Counted from the first letter of the stretch, positions 9,884 to 20,336 are shown. The stretch is DNA of 64,000 nt from Candidatus Aminicenantes bacterium (GCA_963702005.1 OY969696.1:3072001-3136000), one strand, 5' to 3'. Notes: a model not told the origin generated them from the sequence alone. A program made the numbers and translations.

Positions 9884-10636
9884 TCATTTGGCGGCATGAA
9901 CCGCTATGACTTGTGGAATACGTTTTCTTTTTCCTCCCCCTGAAATCCTTATTGAACTAGAATCTTGAACAAGCTGATGAGCAATATAGAAACCATCAAT
10001 AATCGGCATAAAGAAAAGGGCACGGCCAAGAAGTCGTATCCTCTCCTCATGTTGAACGAGTTGAACTCCCCACGCATGATATGAATCGCCGGAATCTAAT
10101 AAAACGTACCCTCCAGATATCAACCGATCACAGATACGAATTGCTATCTCTGCATTAGTATTCGAGACCTCACAATGAAAATCTAAGAAATTTAGATGTC
10201 TATATTCACCAGATTTTATCTCAACTTTTGACTTTAAGCCTATCGAATACTGGCTATTTCTTTTCAATAGCTTACTAAGCTCGTGTTTCAATATTTTATC
10301 TCTCGTAATTTCAAGATCTTCACCTGACCCCTGATGATATAGCGCCGCGTCAAACAGGGCGTTATTAGATTGACCTTTTTTCAAACAGGTCAAGAATATA
10401 CTTTCCCAAAAAGGAATTCCCATCTCTTTTCTTGTCTTAAGAGCTTCGTTAATTATTTTCACCTCGAAAGTGCTCATTTTAATTCGCTCCTGTACGTTTG
10501 GAGGAGCCTTATAAAAACTTATTATGACTTTTTCTATCATTTCATTACAGCTTACCACTTTTTCAAATGCCTCAACTGCAGACATCCCTACCTTTATGCC
10601 CATATTCTGTATAGAGCTTCGCCTTGTTGCAGACAT
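9884..10636 (-). CDS. Divergent archaeo-eukaryotic primase (AEP)-superfamily protein, primase-1D-like
   Basis: Motifs LNFLDFHC, LLDSGDSYH and IIDGFYIAH; ATG 10636 lies 8 nt after the upstream stop. Confidence 0.65.
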   Translation of the reverse strand: MSATRRSSIQNMGIKVGMSAVEAFEKVVSCNEMIEKVIISFYKAPPNVQERIKMSTFEVKIINEALKTRKEMGIPFWESIFLTCLKKGQSNNALFDAALYHQGSGEDLEITRDKILKHELSKLLKRNSQYSIGLKSKVEIKSGEYRHLNFLDFHCEVSNTNAEIAIRICDRLISGGYVLLDSGDSYHAWGVQLVQHEERIRLLGRALFFMPIIDGFYIAHQLVQDSSSIRISGGGKRKRIPQVIAVHAAK

Positions 10637-10644
10637 GACCGATA

Positions 10645-12654
10645 TTATACAGGGCGTACTGCGCCCTCTATGCTTCGAAAACAATCATAATTAAACTCAT
10701 CCATTCTACGGCGAGGATCGAGGTGTCTAGTAGAAAGGATTGCTCTTCTTGGATCAATCGGTTTCCCGGGAAGATTTTCCTTTACTCCATCCACTATTAA
10801 ACAGCTTATCCGTTCAATTCCATTACGAAAACAATATAAAACGCGCGTATTGCCCTCAATGGCAATTTTATGTGTACCGTGTATCTCCACTACTGGCGGA
10901 GTTACTGTTGAAACCATATCGTTTCCTGAGAATACGCCCGCAACCTCAAACAAAGGAATACTTGATGACTTATAGCTTTCTACTAATAAAGCTATTTGTC
11001 TATACTTGTATGCACGAATGTATTGTGTGATAAGTTCGATATCAAATACCGATAATTCACCGAGTTCTATCCTAACATCTCTTGATGAATACTGGCCTAC
11101 ATTCCTCTTCAGTAAATCAATAATGCTATTTTCATTTAAAGGCCTCAAAGCTAATTTAAAAGGCGTTTTTTTTGAAAACATTCCTGAAAACTGATCACAT
11201 ACGGTAGCAATAATTTCTCTATGAATTGATCCTATATACGCTGTTGCCTTTGGCGCGTCTTCTGTTCCCCTATTATGAAAAACAATAGCAACATCTCTAT
11301 TATTGTCTTCGCGCCGAATAAAGTATCCGCTCATAAGAATATCTGGTTGCTCTTTCACTTCCACGCCCAGTGAAGTTAGGAGATTTCTTCTATGTTTTTC
11401 ACGAAGGGCCTTCTCGCCTGATATTGATATTGGTTTAACAATAACGTTCACTTTCGTGCCATTTGCAAGCCAACGATAAACGGAAGGAAATAACTTCCAA
11501 AACCATTCGGTGTCTGGTTCAACTATATATATTTCTTTTGAGGGTTCGATAGATGATCTAACCACAGTATCAAATAGCTCGTCTTTGTCCCAACAGGTTA
11601 TTTCATTGTTGGATGAGTTACGAATTTTCACATCCTCATTTTTTACAAAATCTTGCATAGCTTGATATCCAGAGGTACTTAAACGACTGATATCTTCAGA
11701 TGTAATTTTGTTAAAGTCTGTCGCACGGGTAGTCCCAGTAGGAATTGATACTACATGAACATCTCCTTTAATTGCTATTTGAAGTTCTGTAGCTCCAGAA
11801 ACAAGTGTTGTCACTAGCCTTTCTACGAATGAATTTATTGACCATTCCCAGTTTCTCGCCATTTCTTCTTCAAGCCTGAAAGCAAGAATCCGTCCCCCTA
11901 GTGATACTCCAGGCCTCTGGTCCGCATCAGCATAAACAAATGATGGAAGATTGCTCAGCATCCCCCCATCCACATAAAGATTTGTTCCCACGTGTACAGG
12001 CTGGAAATAAATTGGGATAGAACAAGAACATCGAACCGCAAGGCTCACACTCTCATTAGGAGTCTCTTCTGTTCCCCAAACCTTCGCCTTCCCTGCAACA
12101 AGATCTGTAGCAATGATTCTCGTCGGAATTAATAGATCTTTAAAAGTAATAGGCCCTGGGATAGAGGGGATTAATTTTGATAGAAGATCATCCATTAGTT
12201 TTTCTATTGGTTTTGAAGAATATATCCCTCCGTAAATGATTACTTTTCCAAATCCATCGATGAGTTTTATCTTCCTAAGTAAAAAGGATCTCAAAAAATG
12301 GGCAATTATTCTTATCCATAATCTTGATTCGAATTCATATTTCTCGGGCTTTGCGAGTAAACTTGAAAAACTCAAATTACTAATCGTATTTTTCAGAAGT
12401 TCTGGGGTTGCTCCCGCACCTACTAAAGCTGCCAAGATAGAACCGGCAGATGTTCCAGCGACCTCAGAGAAGTATATTCCACTTTTTATTGCAGCATCAT
12501 ATGCTCCGATATGAGCGGCAGCTCTGCATCCTCCGCCCTCGAATACACCTCGACAGGCATCAAAAAAAGCAGTTTTTGGAATATCATGAAGCGAACTATT
12601 ATTCTTTGGCATTATATCCCCCAACCATATAACCTTACTTTGAATTTTTAGCAT
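10645..12654 (-). CDS. Patatin-like phospholipase fused to a PLD/TrmB-like middle domain and a ParB/sulfiredoxin-like C-terminal domain
   Basis: FEGGGCR oxyanion loop, AGTSAG nucleophile elbow, VDGGMLSN; C-terminal TPPVVE...IEGNTRVLYC...ISCLIV. Confidence 0.85.
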   Translation of the reverse strand: MLKIQSKVIWLGDIMPKNNSSLHDIPKTAFFDACRGVFEGGGCRAAAHIGAYDAAIKSGIYFSEVAGTSAGSILAALVGAGATPELLKNTISNLSFSSLLAKPEKYEFESRLWIRIIAHFLRSFLLRKIKLIDGFGKVIIYGGIYSSKPIEKLMDDLLSKLIPSIPGPITFKDLLIPTRIIATDLVAGKAKVWGTEETPNESVSLAVRCSCSIPIYFQPVHVGTNLYVDGGMLSNLPSFVYADADQRPGVSLGGRILAFRLEEEMARNWEWSINSFVERLVTTLVSGATELQIAIKGDVHVVSIPTGTTRATDFNKITSEDISRLSTSGYQAMQDFVKNEDVKIRNSSNNEITCWDKDELFDTVVRSSIEPSKEIYIVEPDTEWFWKLFPSVYRWLANGTKVNVIVKPISISGEKALREKHRRNLLTSLGVEVKEQPDILMSGYFIRREDNNRDVAIVFHNRGTEDAPKATAYIGSIHREIIATVCDQFSGMFSKKTPFKLALRPLNENSIIDLLKRNVGQYSSRDVRIELGELSVFDIELITQYIRAYKYRQIALLVESYKSSSIPLFEVAGVFSGNDMVSTVTPPVVEIHGTHKIAIEGNTRVLYCFRNGIERISCLIVDGVKENLPGKPIDPRRAILSTRHLDPRRRMDEFNYDCFRSIEGAVRPV

Positions 12655-12709
12655 GAAATTGAAAATAAATCAATCATTGTTCAAACTTCTAATAATATGA
12701 TCATTTTAA

Positions 12710-13935
12710 GGACCTCATCCCTTAAAAATGGTCCGGACATAATGTGAGTTTTCTGGCAAAATCTCTGGGAGGAGGTTTTGCCGATGAAGAAGTCGAAGTT
12801 CACGGAGGAGCAGATCGCGTTTGCGCTCCGCCAAGCCGAGACTGGGACACCGGTGGCAGAAGTTTGCCGGAAGATGGGGATCTCGGAGATGACGTTTTTC
12901 CGGTGGAAGAAGAAGTACGGAGGCCTCGGAGTTTCGGAGCTCCGTCGCTTGAGGCAGCTCGAGGAGGAAAACCGCCGGCTCAAGCGCATGGTGGCGGATC
13001 TGAGCCTCGAAAAACAGATGCTCTAGGATGTGCTCTCAAAAAAATTCTAAAGCCAGCTCAGAGGCGGGAGCGAGTGGTTGCTCTCGAGGAGGCCTATTGG
13101 GTGAGCGAACGGCGGGCCTGCCGGGTCTTCGGGTTCTGCCGTTGACAGCCGTACGTCCCACCGGTATCGCTCGCACCGCAGAGACGACCGGGCCCTGCGG
13201 CAGCGGATCGTCGAGATCGCGGAGACGCGCGTTCGGTACGGGTATCGGCGGGTCCATGTTCTGCTTCGGCGCGAGGGCTGGCGCGTCAATCACAAGCGGA
13301 CCTATCGGATCTACTGCCAGGAGGGGCTTAATCTAAGAAGGAAACGCCCTCGTCGTCATGTCTCCGGAAGCCGGCGGATGGAACGGCCGGAGGTCGAGCG
13401 TCCGAACGCCTGCTGGAGCATGGATTTTGTCGTCGACAGCTTCTTTAACGGCCACCGATTCCGGGCCTTAACGATAGTCGATAATTATAGTCGGGAGTGT
13501 CTGGCCATCGAAGCCGGCCAAAGCATGACGGGCGCGGAAGTCGCGGCTGTCATCGAGCGGCTGGTGAAGGAGCGGGGCGCTCCGGACCGCATCCAATGCG
13601 ACAACGGCAGCGAATTTATCTCAAGAGCCTTGGACAAGTGGGCGTATGAAAACGGGGTCATGATGGACTTCTCAAGGCCCGGTAAGCCTATGGATAACGC
13701 GATGATCGAGTCGTTCAACGGTTCATTCCGGGACGAATGCTTGAACGTCAATTGGTTCTTGTCGATGGAGGATGCCCGGGAGAAGATAGAGAAGTGGCGA
13801 ATGGATTACAATGAGTTCCGGCCGCACAGTTCGCTCGGAGACTTGACGCCGAGGCAATTCGTTGATACATACAAGAGAAGCTTAAAAAGCCAAAAAACTC
13901 CATTTTTGGCTGGACCAGTTCTGGGGTGCGGCTCC
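12710..13935 (+). mobile_element. IS3-family element with inactivated orfA/orfB
   Basis: orfA MKKSKFTEEQIAFALRQAE (12778-13026) has TAG where copy 1 has CAG; A-run frameshift window; orfB rve core at 13378 onward. Confidence 0.92.
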
Positions 13936-14199
13936 CTGGGTCGGGCACTGGTCCGCGGGAGACGCCTTCGATTCGTCGCTTTCCCCGGACGAGGAACTCT
14001 TCGGCCCGGACGCCTTCGAGGGGGAGGCATACTGTGCCCATGCGCACGCGTGGCCCCTCTACTGCTACTACCGGCTGCGTGAAGCGCGCTGACGGCGGTC
14101 GGCCTGCGAGGCCCGTCTCGCGGGCACGGTGGGAGGCCGTCACCGTCGAGACCGGTCTCCGGGCTTGCATATCGCGTGTTGTCGCGGATTACGTGTGCG

Positions 14200-15249
14200 T
14201 TATTCCTTGGTCGTGATTTTCGTCGCGAAGTCGAAGCGTCCGGCTTCTCGCCCGGCCAGTGCACCCAGGGCAAGCGTAATCATCTGAACCGGAAGAATTT
14301 CAAGAATCGGTTGTACGGCAATGGGAAGATCCGGCAACACACATGGAGAAATATTTGATCGATGACTTACCAATTCGGCTTTCCCACCGTGCTCCCGAAT
14401 GTCCTCCAACAGACTCTCGTTAAGCTTCTGCGCTTTACGATCGCCCCCAAAAATGAGCACAAATGTTTCCTTGCTGAGCATCTCCAGCGGGCCATGGCGA
14501 AATGCAGCGCTGCTCAGGCCTTCTGCCGCAAAGTGTGCCGACTCTTTCACGATCAGCGCGCCAGTGCCAACGGCGGACAGAGAATTGCCGCGTCCCACAA
14601 AAAACAGGTGGCGGACCGCTTCGAGCAAGCCCGCAAACTGCTCCGCATAGCCGCGCCAATGAGATAGATACTCGTCCACCTCTTGGGCAGCACACTGCAG
14701 TTCCTTGCGGCTTTTTCGCAGGTCCCGGTTGGCAATTACATCTGCTAGCCACTGCAAAGCCATTAGGCTGGACATGTACGTCTTACAGGAAACAGAAAAC
14801 TCGACTCCCGCGCGCGTTAGAATCAGAGCCTCCGCATTTCTTGCCAACGGGCTGTCTTGTGTATTGGTCACGGCGATCACGGGAGCCTTGCCCCGATTCA
14901 CGCGCAACAGCCGGACAATCTCCACGCTCTGTCCCGATTGCGAAACGGCCACCACAAGATTTTTGGAGTCAAAGAGTCGGCTCTTGTAATGCACCAGCTC
15001 CGAGGTTTCCACCATGAACGCAGAAAGACCCAGCTGAATCAGTTGGTTGTGTAAAGGATGAAGAGCATGAAAGGAAGAGCCCATGCCGGTCAGGACGATC
15101 GATTTAAAGCGCCCTTTGTAGATTCGCCCAGCAAGAGACTGAAGGGGTTTCGATTCTTCGAGGCTTGCTAGGGTGTCGAACAGCGCCTGAGGTTGCGCAA
15201 GAATGTCTCGCAGATACTGGCCTTCGGTAATTGTGAACTCACTGGGCAT
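14200..15249 (-). CDS. SIS-domain sugar-phosphate isomerase/deaminase (GlmS C-terminal/AgaS-like)
   Basis: DILAQP, TGMGSS, AVSQSGQS, LIVKE, FRHGPLEM motifs. Confidence 0.9.
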   Translation of the reverse strand: MPSEFTITEGQYLRDILAQPQALFDTLASLEESKPLQSLAGRIYKGRFKSIVLTGMGSSFHALHPLHNQLIQLGLSAFMVETSELVHYKSRLFDSKNLVVAVSQSGQSVEIVRLLRVNRGKAPVIAVTNTQDSPLARNAEALILTRAGVEFSVSCKTYMSSLMALQWLADVIANRDLRKSRKELQCAAQEVDEYLSHWRGYAEQFAGLLEAVRHLFFVGRGNSLSAVGTGALIVKESAHFAAEGLSSAAFRHGPLEMLSKETFVLIFGGDRKAQKLNESLLEDIREHGGKAELVSHRSNISPCVLPDLPIAVQPILEILPVQMITLALGALAGREAGRFDFATKITTKE

Positions 15250-16183
15250 GAGGCTCTCCTGTCGGAGCGAAGCGGTGATACCAGACGCGAGCCGCGCCGA
15301 TAAGGTTGGCGTGCTCGCCGAGCGAGGCTAAAGCTATTTCCGTTTTTTCGTGAGGAACGTAGCGGCAACTGGCAGCAATAATCCCCCGAATATTATCGAG
15401 AAACAGATCGGCGCTCTTCATCACACTGCCGCCCAGAACAATCGCGTCTGGCACATACAGCGTAACGAGGTTCGCCACTCCCAACCCCAGATAGCGTCCT
15501 TCGTTTTCGACAGCACGCAGCGCCCACTCATCTCCGGTGCGCGCAAGGTCGCAGATTTTCTTCGCACTCAACTCCGTTCGGTGAACGTACTCGTGTGGGG
15601 CATTGCGCTGGATCCAGCTCACCATAGCCGGTCCAGCCGCCAGAGACTCCCAGCAGCCACGGAATCCACATTCGCAAACAGGGCCGGAAGCGTCAATCAG
15701 GTGATGCCCGATTTCCGGATGCGATTGGTTGACTCCTCGATACACCCGGCCGTCGAAGATAAGCCCAACTCCTATCCCGGTGCCGACGGTCACGTAAATG
15801 AGGTGCGATTTGTTGCGCCCTGCTCCCCAACCGGCTTCACCAAGGGCGGCGGCGTCCGCATCGTTTTCAATCGCGACGTCAACCTTAAATTGATTGTGAA
15901 GATCGCGAACCGGGTTTTCACCGCGCCAATCTGGAAAGAAATTTACATCGCCAATCTCTCCCGTCAGCGGGTAAATCGGGCCTGTGGAGCCGATGCCGAT
16001 TCCGGAAATACGCTCTCCCGTCGACAACTCAATCTTTCGCAGCAAGGAGATTACCCGTTCAATTGCAGCCTTGTATCCGGACTTCGCATCTGTGGGGGTC
16101 TCAAATCGTTCCAGTATTCGGCCGTTGGAATCAACGCCACCAACGGCAATCTTCGTGCCGCCTATATCAACCCCCGCAATCAT
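15239..16183 (-). CDS. ROK-family sugar kinase
   Basis: GVDIGGTK, ENDADAAALGE, GTGIG, EIGH, CECGFRGCWE motifs. Confidence 0.93.
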   Translation of the reverse strand: MIAGVDIGGTKIAVGGVDSNGRILERFETPTDAKSGYKAAIERVISLLRKIELSTGERISGIGIGSTGPIYPLTGEIGDVNFFPDWRGENPVRDLHNQFKVDVAIENDADAAALGEAGWGAGRNKSHLIYVTVGTGIGVGLIFDGRVYRGVNQSHPEIGHHLIDASGPVCECGFRGCWESLAAGPAMVSWIQRNAPHEYVHRTELSAKKICDLARTGDEWALRAVENEGRYLGLGVANLVTLYVPDAIVLGGSVMKSADLFLDNIRGIIAASCRYVPHEKTEIALASLGEHANLIGAARVWYHRFAPTGEPHAQ

Positions 16184-16217
16184 CGAAAACGCTCCGTGCC
16201 GCGAATTGGCCTGAACA

Positions 16218-18392
16218 TTACTGTTTCCATTCGAAAATCACGGCATCAAATGGTTCAAGCCTGCTCTTCCAGGTGGAAGATTGCAGTTGCAGCGAAGTTG
16301 GCACAGTACCGGTAACCGTAGAAACGGAGCGCAAGTTCAGCGAGGACGTAACAGAAAATTCCTGGGCTTTGGCGCTGTGGTTGATCGCAACTATATACCC
16401 GCGATGATCACCACTTAACACCGACAATTCTATCTCCGGGCAATCCGCCTTAAACGCTGGCTTCCTGCCCGTCCAATCGCGAAAGGCCCCGTACAGCCGA
16501 TACGTTTCTTCCGGTTTGTCAAACACTGCAGGCGTTTCCGCCAGATAGTGTTCCAGAGGATAAGCGCTCAACAAAGTCTTACCGGAACCAATTTGATTCG
16601 TAACCAGCGCCGGATGACCGTCCTGATCTACCGCAATCACCTTGCCCGTGCTCACTTCCAATATTGTTCCCCAGGATTGGATCGACGAAGACGGCAACGA
16701 GTAATGAAGTGTGTCTCCCGGTTTAAAATCGCCGAACGGCTCAACAAATTTCAAGGTCACTTCCGAAGTAATCGCACGGTCCACCATCCGCGCCCCAAAC
16801 AACGAATCCATCTGTGGAACCGCTCCGTCGGCAGCCAAGGAGGCATATAGAAACCCGCCATTATCTACGTACTTCTGCGCCTTCTCATAAAAATCGCTGT
16901 GCACATGCGTCAGAAAAGGGTCACCGGTACTCGTCACCGGCGAGGGGAGAAAAATCATCGCGTGCTTGCCCCAATCGGAATACTCTCGCGGGAAATCCGC
17001 TTTCAACCCTGCGCGCCGCCCCAGCACGAACGAGGAAAGCGCCGATCCCATCAGCCAATGATTCCCGGAGTTGCCGTCTGGCTGTGTTTTTCCAGGAATT
17101 GCGTCCCCATCTGCGATTGAAAGATACGGCGTTACCTCCGGGCCGGTCAGCCCGAAGTGCGAGAAATCTCCATGTGTCTTTGCCCATTCATTCGGGATGA
17201 TGATGCCGATGTCAGCAGTTGCCGGTGAAAGTCCGCTCAGATCGAGCTGCCCAACTACCTTCGCAAATTTCTTGAACTCTCGAGCCAGTGGCTTGTCTTG
17301 CCGGTCCCACGTAGTCATTCCCCATCCGGTTTCCTGCGGCGTGCGCAGATACGGCACCTTATGAAATTGTTCCGGCGAAGCATCCGTATAACACCACAGG
17401 TCAACCCCGATACTTCCCGCACCGAGCCCGGAATATATTTGCGCCCGGTCATATGCCGCCACTCGCTCAGGCGAAAACTGCGCCGTCGACGCGCCCATTT
17501 CGTGAATCATCACCGGCCGTCCCGCTCCTTGGGATAGGGCGATCTCAAATGCGGCTCCGTATGTTCCTCGCGCAGATAGGAGTGCGTCCGGGAATAAATC
17601 CGTAACGTATAACGTAAATGGATGAACACTAAAGAAATCCACCGAACTCGCGATCGTGTCCGCTCGGAACGGACCGTGTGTCACTTCCTGCCCGCTTGTT
17701 CCCACCACGAGCGGGTGCATCTTGTCGTGTTTTCGAATCCCATCCGCAATCAGCCGCGTCCAGTTAATCGCCATGGCATCCGTCGTCTGCCCGTCCACGA
17801 TCCAGAACGGTGGTTCATCAGTGAGGTCCCACGCGATAATTCCAGTCTCATTGCCATACCGCCGACCGAACTCTTCTGCGAAATTCGTTTCCAGTCGCAA
17901 CATCTCCGGATCAGCATGCGGATGCCGTCCATGCCGCCACGGAACATCCCAATACGCCTCTCCAACTTCACCACCGATGAACAAGCTGGGATGTAAATAG
18001 ATTTTGTATTTGTGCGCAAGCGAAACGAGATAGTCCAGCTGTTGAAACGCCACTGGATTGTAATCGCCGGGCCGCGGCTCGAACCACGCCCACATCACAT
18101 CAAACCGCGCAACGCTGTAGCCAAGTTCATGCATCTTTGCGAAATCCGCTTCGATGTCCTTGGGATCCCACTGCACTGGCCATTGCATCGCCGCCTTTGC
18201 GGGCACCCAATGTGCGCCAACGGGCAGGAAGCGTTTCCCATCGGCGGAAAAATATGTGCCATCAAGATGAACTTGCGGCAGCTTGGCGGTTGCTTGCGCC
18301 TTTGCATTTTGCGCTGTGGCCGTCAAAGCAGAGGCGAACAGCGCACATGCGGCCAGGAAGCCATTGAGCCATGCATGATGGTTTCGGTTCAT
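16218..18392 (-). CDS. Secreted clan GH-A glycoside hydrolase (GH5/GH42-like) with trimerisation-like domain
   Basis: Signal peptide from MNRNHH; WAWFEPRPG; WDLTDEP; VMIHEMG. Confidence 0.8.
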   Translation of the reverse strand: MNRNHHAWLNGFLAACALFASALTATAQNAKAQATAKLPQVHLDGTYFSADGKRFLPVGAHWVPAKAAMQWPVQWDPKDIEADFAKMHELGYSVARFDVMWAWFEPRPGDYNPVAFQQLDYLVSLAHKYKIYLHPSLFIGGEVGEAYWDVPWRHGRHPHADPEMLRLETNFAEEFGRRYGNETGIIAWDLTDEPPFWIVDGQTTDAMAINWTRLIADGIRKHDKMHPLVVGTSGQEVTHGPFRADTIASSVDFFSVHPFTLYVTDLFPDALLSARGTYGAAFEIALSQGAGRPVMIHEMGASTAQFSPERVAAYDRAQIYSGLGAGSIGVDLWCYTDASPEQFHKVPYLRTPQETGWGMTTWDRQDKPLAREFKKFAKVVGQLDLSGLSPATADIGIIIPNEWAKTHGDFSHFGLTGPEVTPYLSIADGDAIPGKTQPDGNSGNHWLMGSALSSFVLGRRAGLKADFPREYSDWGKHAMIFLPSPVTSTGDPFLTHVHSDFYEKAQKYVDNGGFLYASLAADGAVPQMDSLFGARMVDRAITSEVTLKFVEPFGDFKPGDTLHYSLPSSSIQSWGTILEVSTGKVIAVDQDGHPALVTNQIGSGKTLLSAYPLEHYLAETPAVFDKPEETYRLYGAFRDWTGRKPAFKADCPEIELSVLSGDHRGYIVAINHSAKAQEFSVTSSLNLRSVSTVTGTVPTSLQLQSSTWKSRLEPFDAVIFEWKQ

Positions 18393-18456
18393 TTGAAATC
18401 TCCAAGAGGAAAACTGCAAATACTTCCCTCAGAATTTAAATCGCACGGCGATCTGC

Positions 18457-18737
18457 TCAGGCGACGCCGAGACGCGCGAGCCGCGTCTCGAGGTCGGCAC
18501 GCAGCCGTTCTTCCGCGTCGCGGCGGACTATCGACGTGCGCCCCTCGTAGCCACCCTCGTCGAGCATCGCGGCCGTCGGCAGATACTCGATCGACCCGCC
18601 GGTGAGGCTTACGGTTACGAGGTCGAGCTTCGGGTGGGCTGCACGCAAGGCCGCCGTCGTTTCGTACGGGATCTCCGTGTGCATGAAGGCGAGCGTCGCC
18701 CCCCCACCAAGGGCCAGCACGGCGAGGGGCAGCTCCA
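18457..18737 (-). pseudogene. GC-rich 3' gene fragment (neutral/alkaline ceramidase-like C-terminus) truncated at an IS end
   Basis: YLPTAAMLDEGGYE motif; the 5' side abuts the IS3 IR at 18738. Confidence 0.5.
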
Positions 18738-18795
18738 CTGACCTGCCCCCATTCAATGTACCACCTCTAAAGTGAGATTTTCAAGCATTGAGGTG
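18738..18795. mobile_element. Isolated IS3-family terminal IR
   Basis: TGACCTGCCCCCC..CAATGTACCACCTCTAAAGTGAGATTTTC, similar to 2494 and 9765. Confidence 0.65.
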
Positions 18796-18839
18796 CTCCC
18801 GTCTCATGCAGAAGCCCATGCTTCATAGGGCTGCTTTTT

Positions 18840-18908
18840 CCACTGTGTCACTTTTGTGTCACCTATTTGCATTATTCCATGCAAACAATACAAACGGCGG
18901 GAACAGTA
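18840..18908 (+). repeat. 69-bp direct repeat, copy 2
   Basis: 67/69 identical to 2657-2725. Confidence 0.85.
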
Positions 18909-18998
18909 CGAACCGCCCCGTTTCTACGTAAGTCGCTAATTCTTCAGTAAGTAGCTGACAATACCGGGCTTAGTCGAAAAAGCCCATTTTTCTTCCTG

Positions 18999-19014
18999 GA
19001 GGATTTTAAGTCCC
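18999..19014 (-). other. Putative att core matching a tRNA-Leu(TAA) anticodon arm
   Basis: Minus strand GGGACTTAAAATCCTC, about 40 nt past the integrase stop; tandem CAGGGACGA arm-like repeats at about 19072-19091. Confidence 0.7.
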
Positions 19015-19052
19015 TCCTCGGGAAGCCGGAAACCGTTTAAAAAGAGGCGTTT

Positions 19053-20111
19053 TCAGTTGACGGCCTCCGGCCAGGGACGATTCAGGGACGAAGCGGAGTC
19101 GTAGTTCAGCAGCTCGATTTCGTGCGCCATGAAATCCGGCGCAAGATGGGCGTAGCGGAGCGTCATGCTGATGGTTGAATGCCCGAGAATCCGCTGGAGC
19201 GAGATGATGTTGCCGCCCTTGGCGACGAAGTTGCTGGCAAATGTGTGCCTGAGATCGTGAAACCGGATTTTTCGTAATCCCGCGCTTTCAGCCGCTTTCC
19301 TCATCTCCGACCTGAAGTCGATGGTATGCATGCGTCCCTTTTCGTCGGGGAACACGTGCTCGCTATCGCCACACTTCAGGCATTCGCGAAGGATGGGAAG
19401 CAGCCGGGAATTGATGGGCACGTATCTCAGGCGCTTGCTCTTCGTTGAGCCGCTGCCGCTCCTTTCAACCCGAATCATCCTCCTTTCGAGGTCCACGTCT
19501 ATCCGTCTGAGGCCGACGATTTCGCCGACTCTCATGCCGGTATAGACAGCAGTGCTGGCGATGGGCAGGAAGTCGGGCGGACAATTGCGAAGGAAAAGCG
19601 CTACCTCATCCTCGCTGTAGTAGTCGAATCCCTTCTGGGGCTCGCGGAGCTGCTGGACCTGCTTCATCGGGCTGGCCGACAGGAATCCCCACCTGACCGC
19701 GTCGTTGAACATCTTGCGGAGAATCGCGAGCGTCCTGTTGATGGTCGCGGGCCGAATCAACAGCTCCCTGCTCTTCTTGTACTCGTCGACCATGCGCGGC
19801 GTGATGTAGCTGGCTTCCCTGTCGCCGAAATACGGAATCAGGTGCTTCGCAAGCCGCTCCCCGTTCTTCCGGTACTGGGACGGAGCATTGGAGACTTTCG
19901 AATAGTTTTCGAGCCAGTACCGGGCAAGCTGCCCGAAGGTCATCTTCCTTTTGACCGGGATGTCGAACCGGTCGTGAAAGATGTCCGCCTCAAACTTCCG
20001 GAGGGCTTCCATCGCTTCCCTCTTGGACCTCCCTACCATTCTCTTGTGCCTCTCGCCTCTGATAACGAAATTGACGTACCACTTTCCGTTATGCCTGAAA
20101 ATGGTAGCCAT
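19053..20111 (-). CDS. int: Tyrosine integrase (phage type)
   Basis: TGMRVGEI, FHDLRHTFAS, LGHS, LRYAHL. Confidence 0.96.
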   Translation of the reverse strand: MATIFRHNGKWYVNFVIRGERHKRMVGRSKREAMEALRKFEADIFHDRFDIPVKRKMTFGQLARYWLENYSKVSNAPSQYRKNGERLAKHLIPYFGDREASYITPRMVDEYKKSRELLIRPATINRTLAILRKMFNDAVRWGFLSASPMKQVQQLREPQKGFDYYSEDEVALFLRNCPPDFLPIASTAVYTGMRVGEIVGLRRIDVDLERRMIRVERSGSGSTKSKRLRYVPINSRLLPILRECLKCGDSEHVFPDEKGRMHTIDFRSEMRKAAESAGLRKIRFHDLRHTFASNFVAKGGNIISLQRILGHSTISMTLRYAHLAPDFMAHEIELLNYDSASSLNRPWPEAVN

Positions 20112-20114
20112 TTG

Positions 20115-20336
20115 CTATTTGAGGAGAGAGTCATCGCCTCTTATTATATCAAACGAGCTGGCCTTGAGCCATTCGTCGAGGCGTGACTTTGAGAAGCGGA
20201 GGAACCTGCCGATCTTGACGTAGGGAATCCTGCCGAAGTGGACCCATTCGTAAAGCCGCTGGCGCTTAATCTTCAGGAGAGCGCAAACTTCCTCGGGCGT
20301 CAGCAGTTCCGCGAATTCGACTCTCTCGCCTTTCAT
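20115..20336 (-). CDS. xis: Excisionase-like HTH protein
   Basis: LLTPEEVCALLKI...IPYVKIGRFLRF, directly upstream of int. Confidence 0.88.
   Translation of the reverse strand: MKGERVEFAELLTPEEVCALLKIKRQRLYEWVHFGRIPYVKIGRFLRFSKSRLDEWLKASSFDIIRGDDSLLK

Noticed and set aside
10645-12654. CBASS assignment for the patatin gene
   Set aside because: No CD-NTase, Cap2 or Cap3 nearby; the partner has AEP-like motifs.
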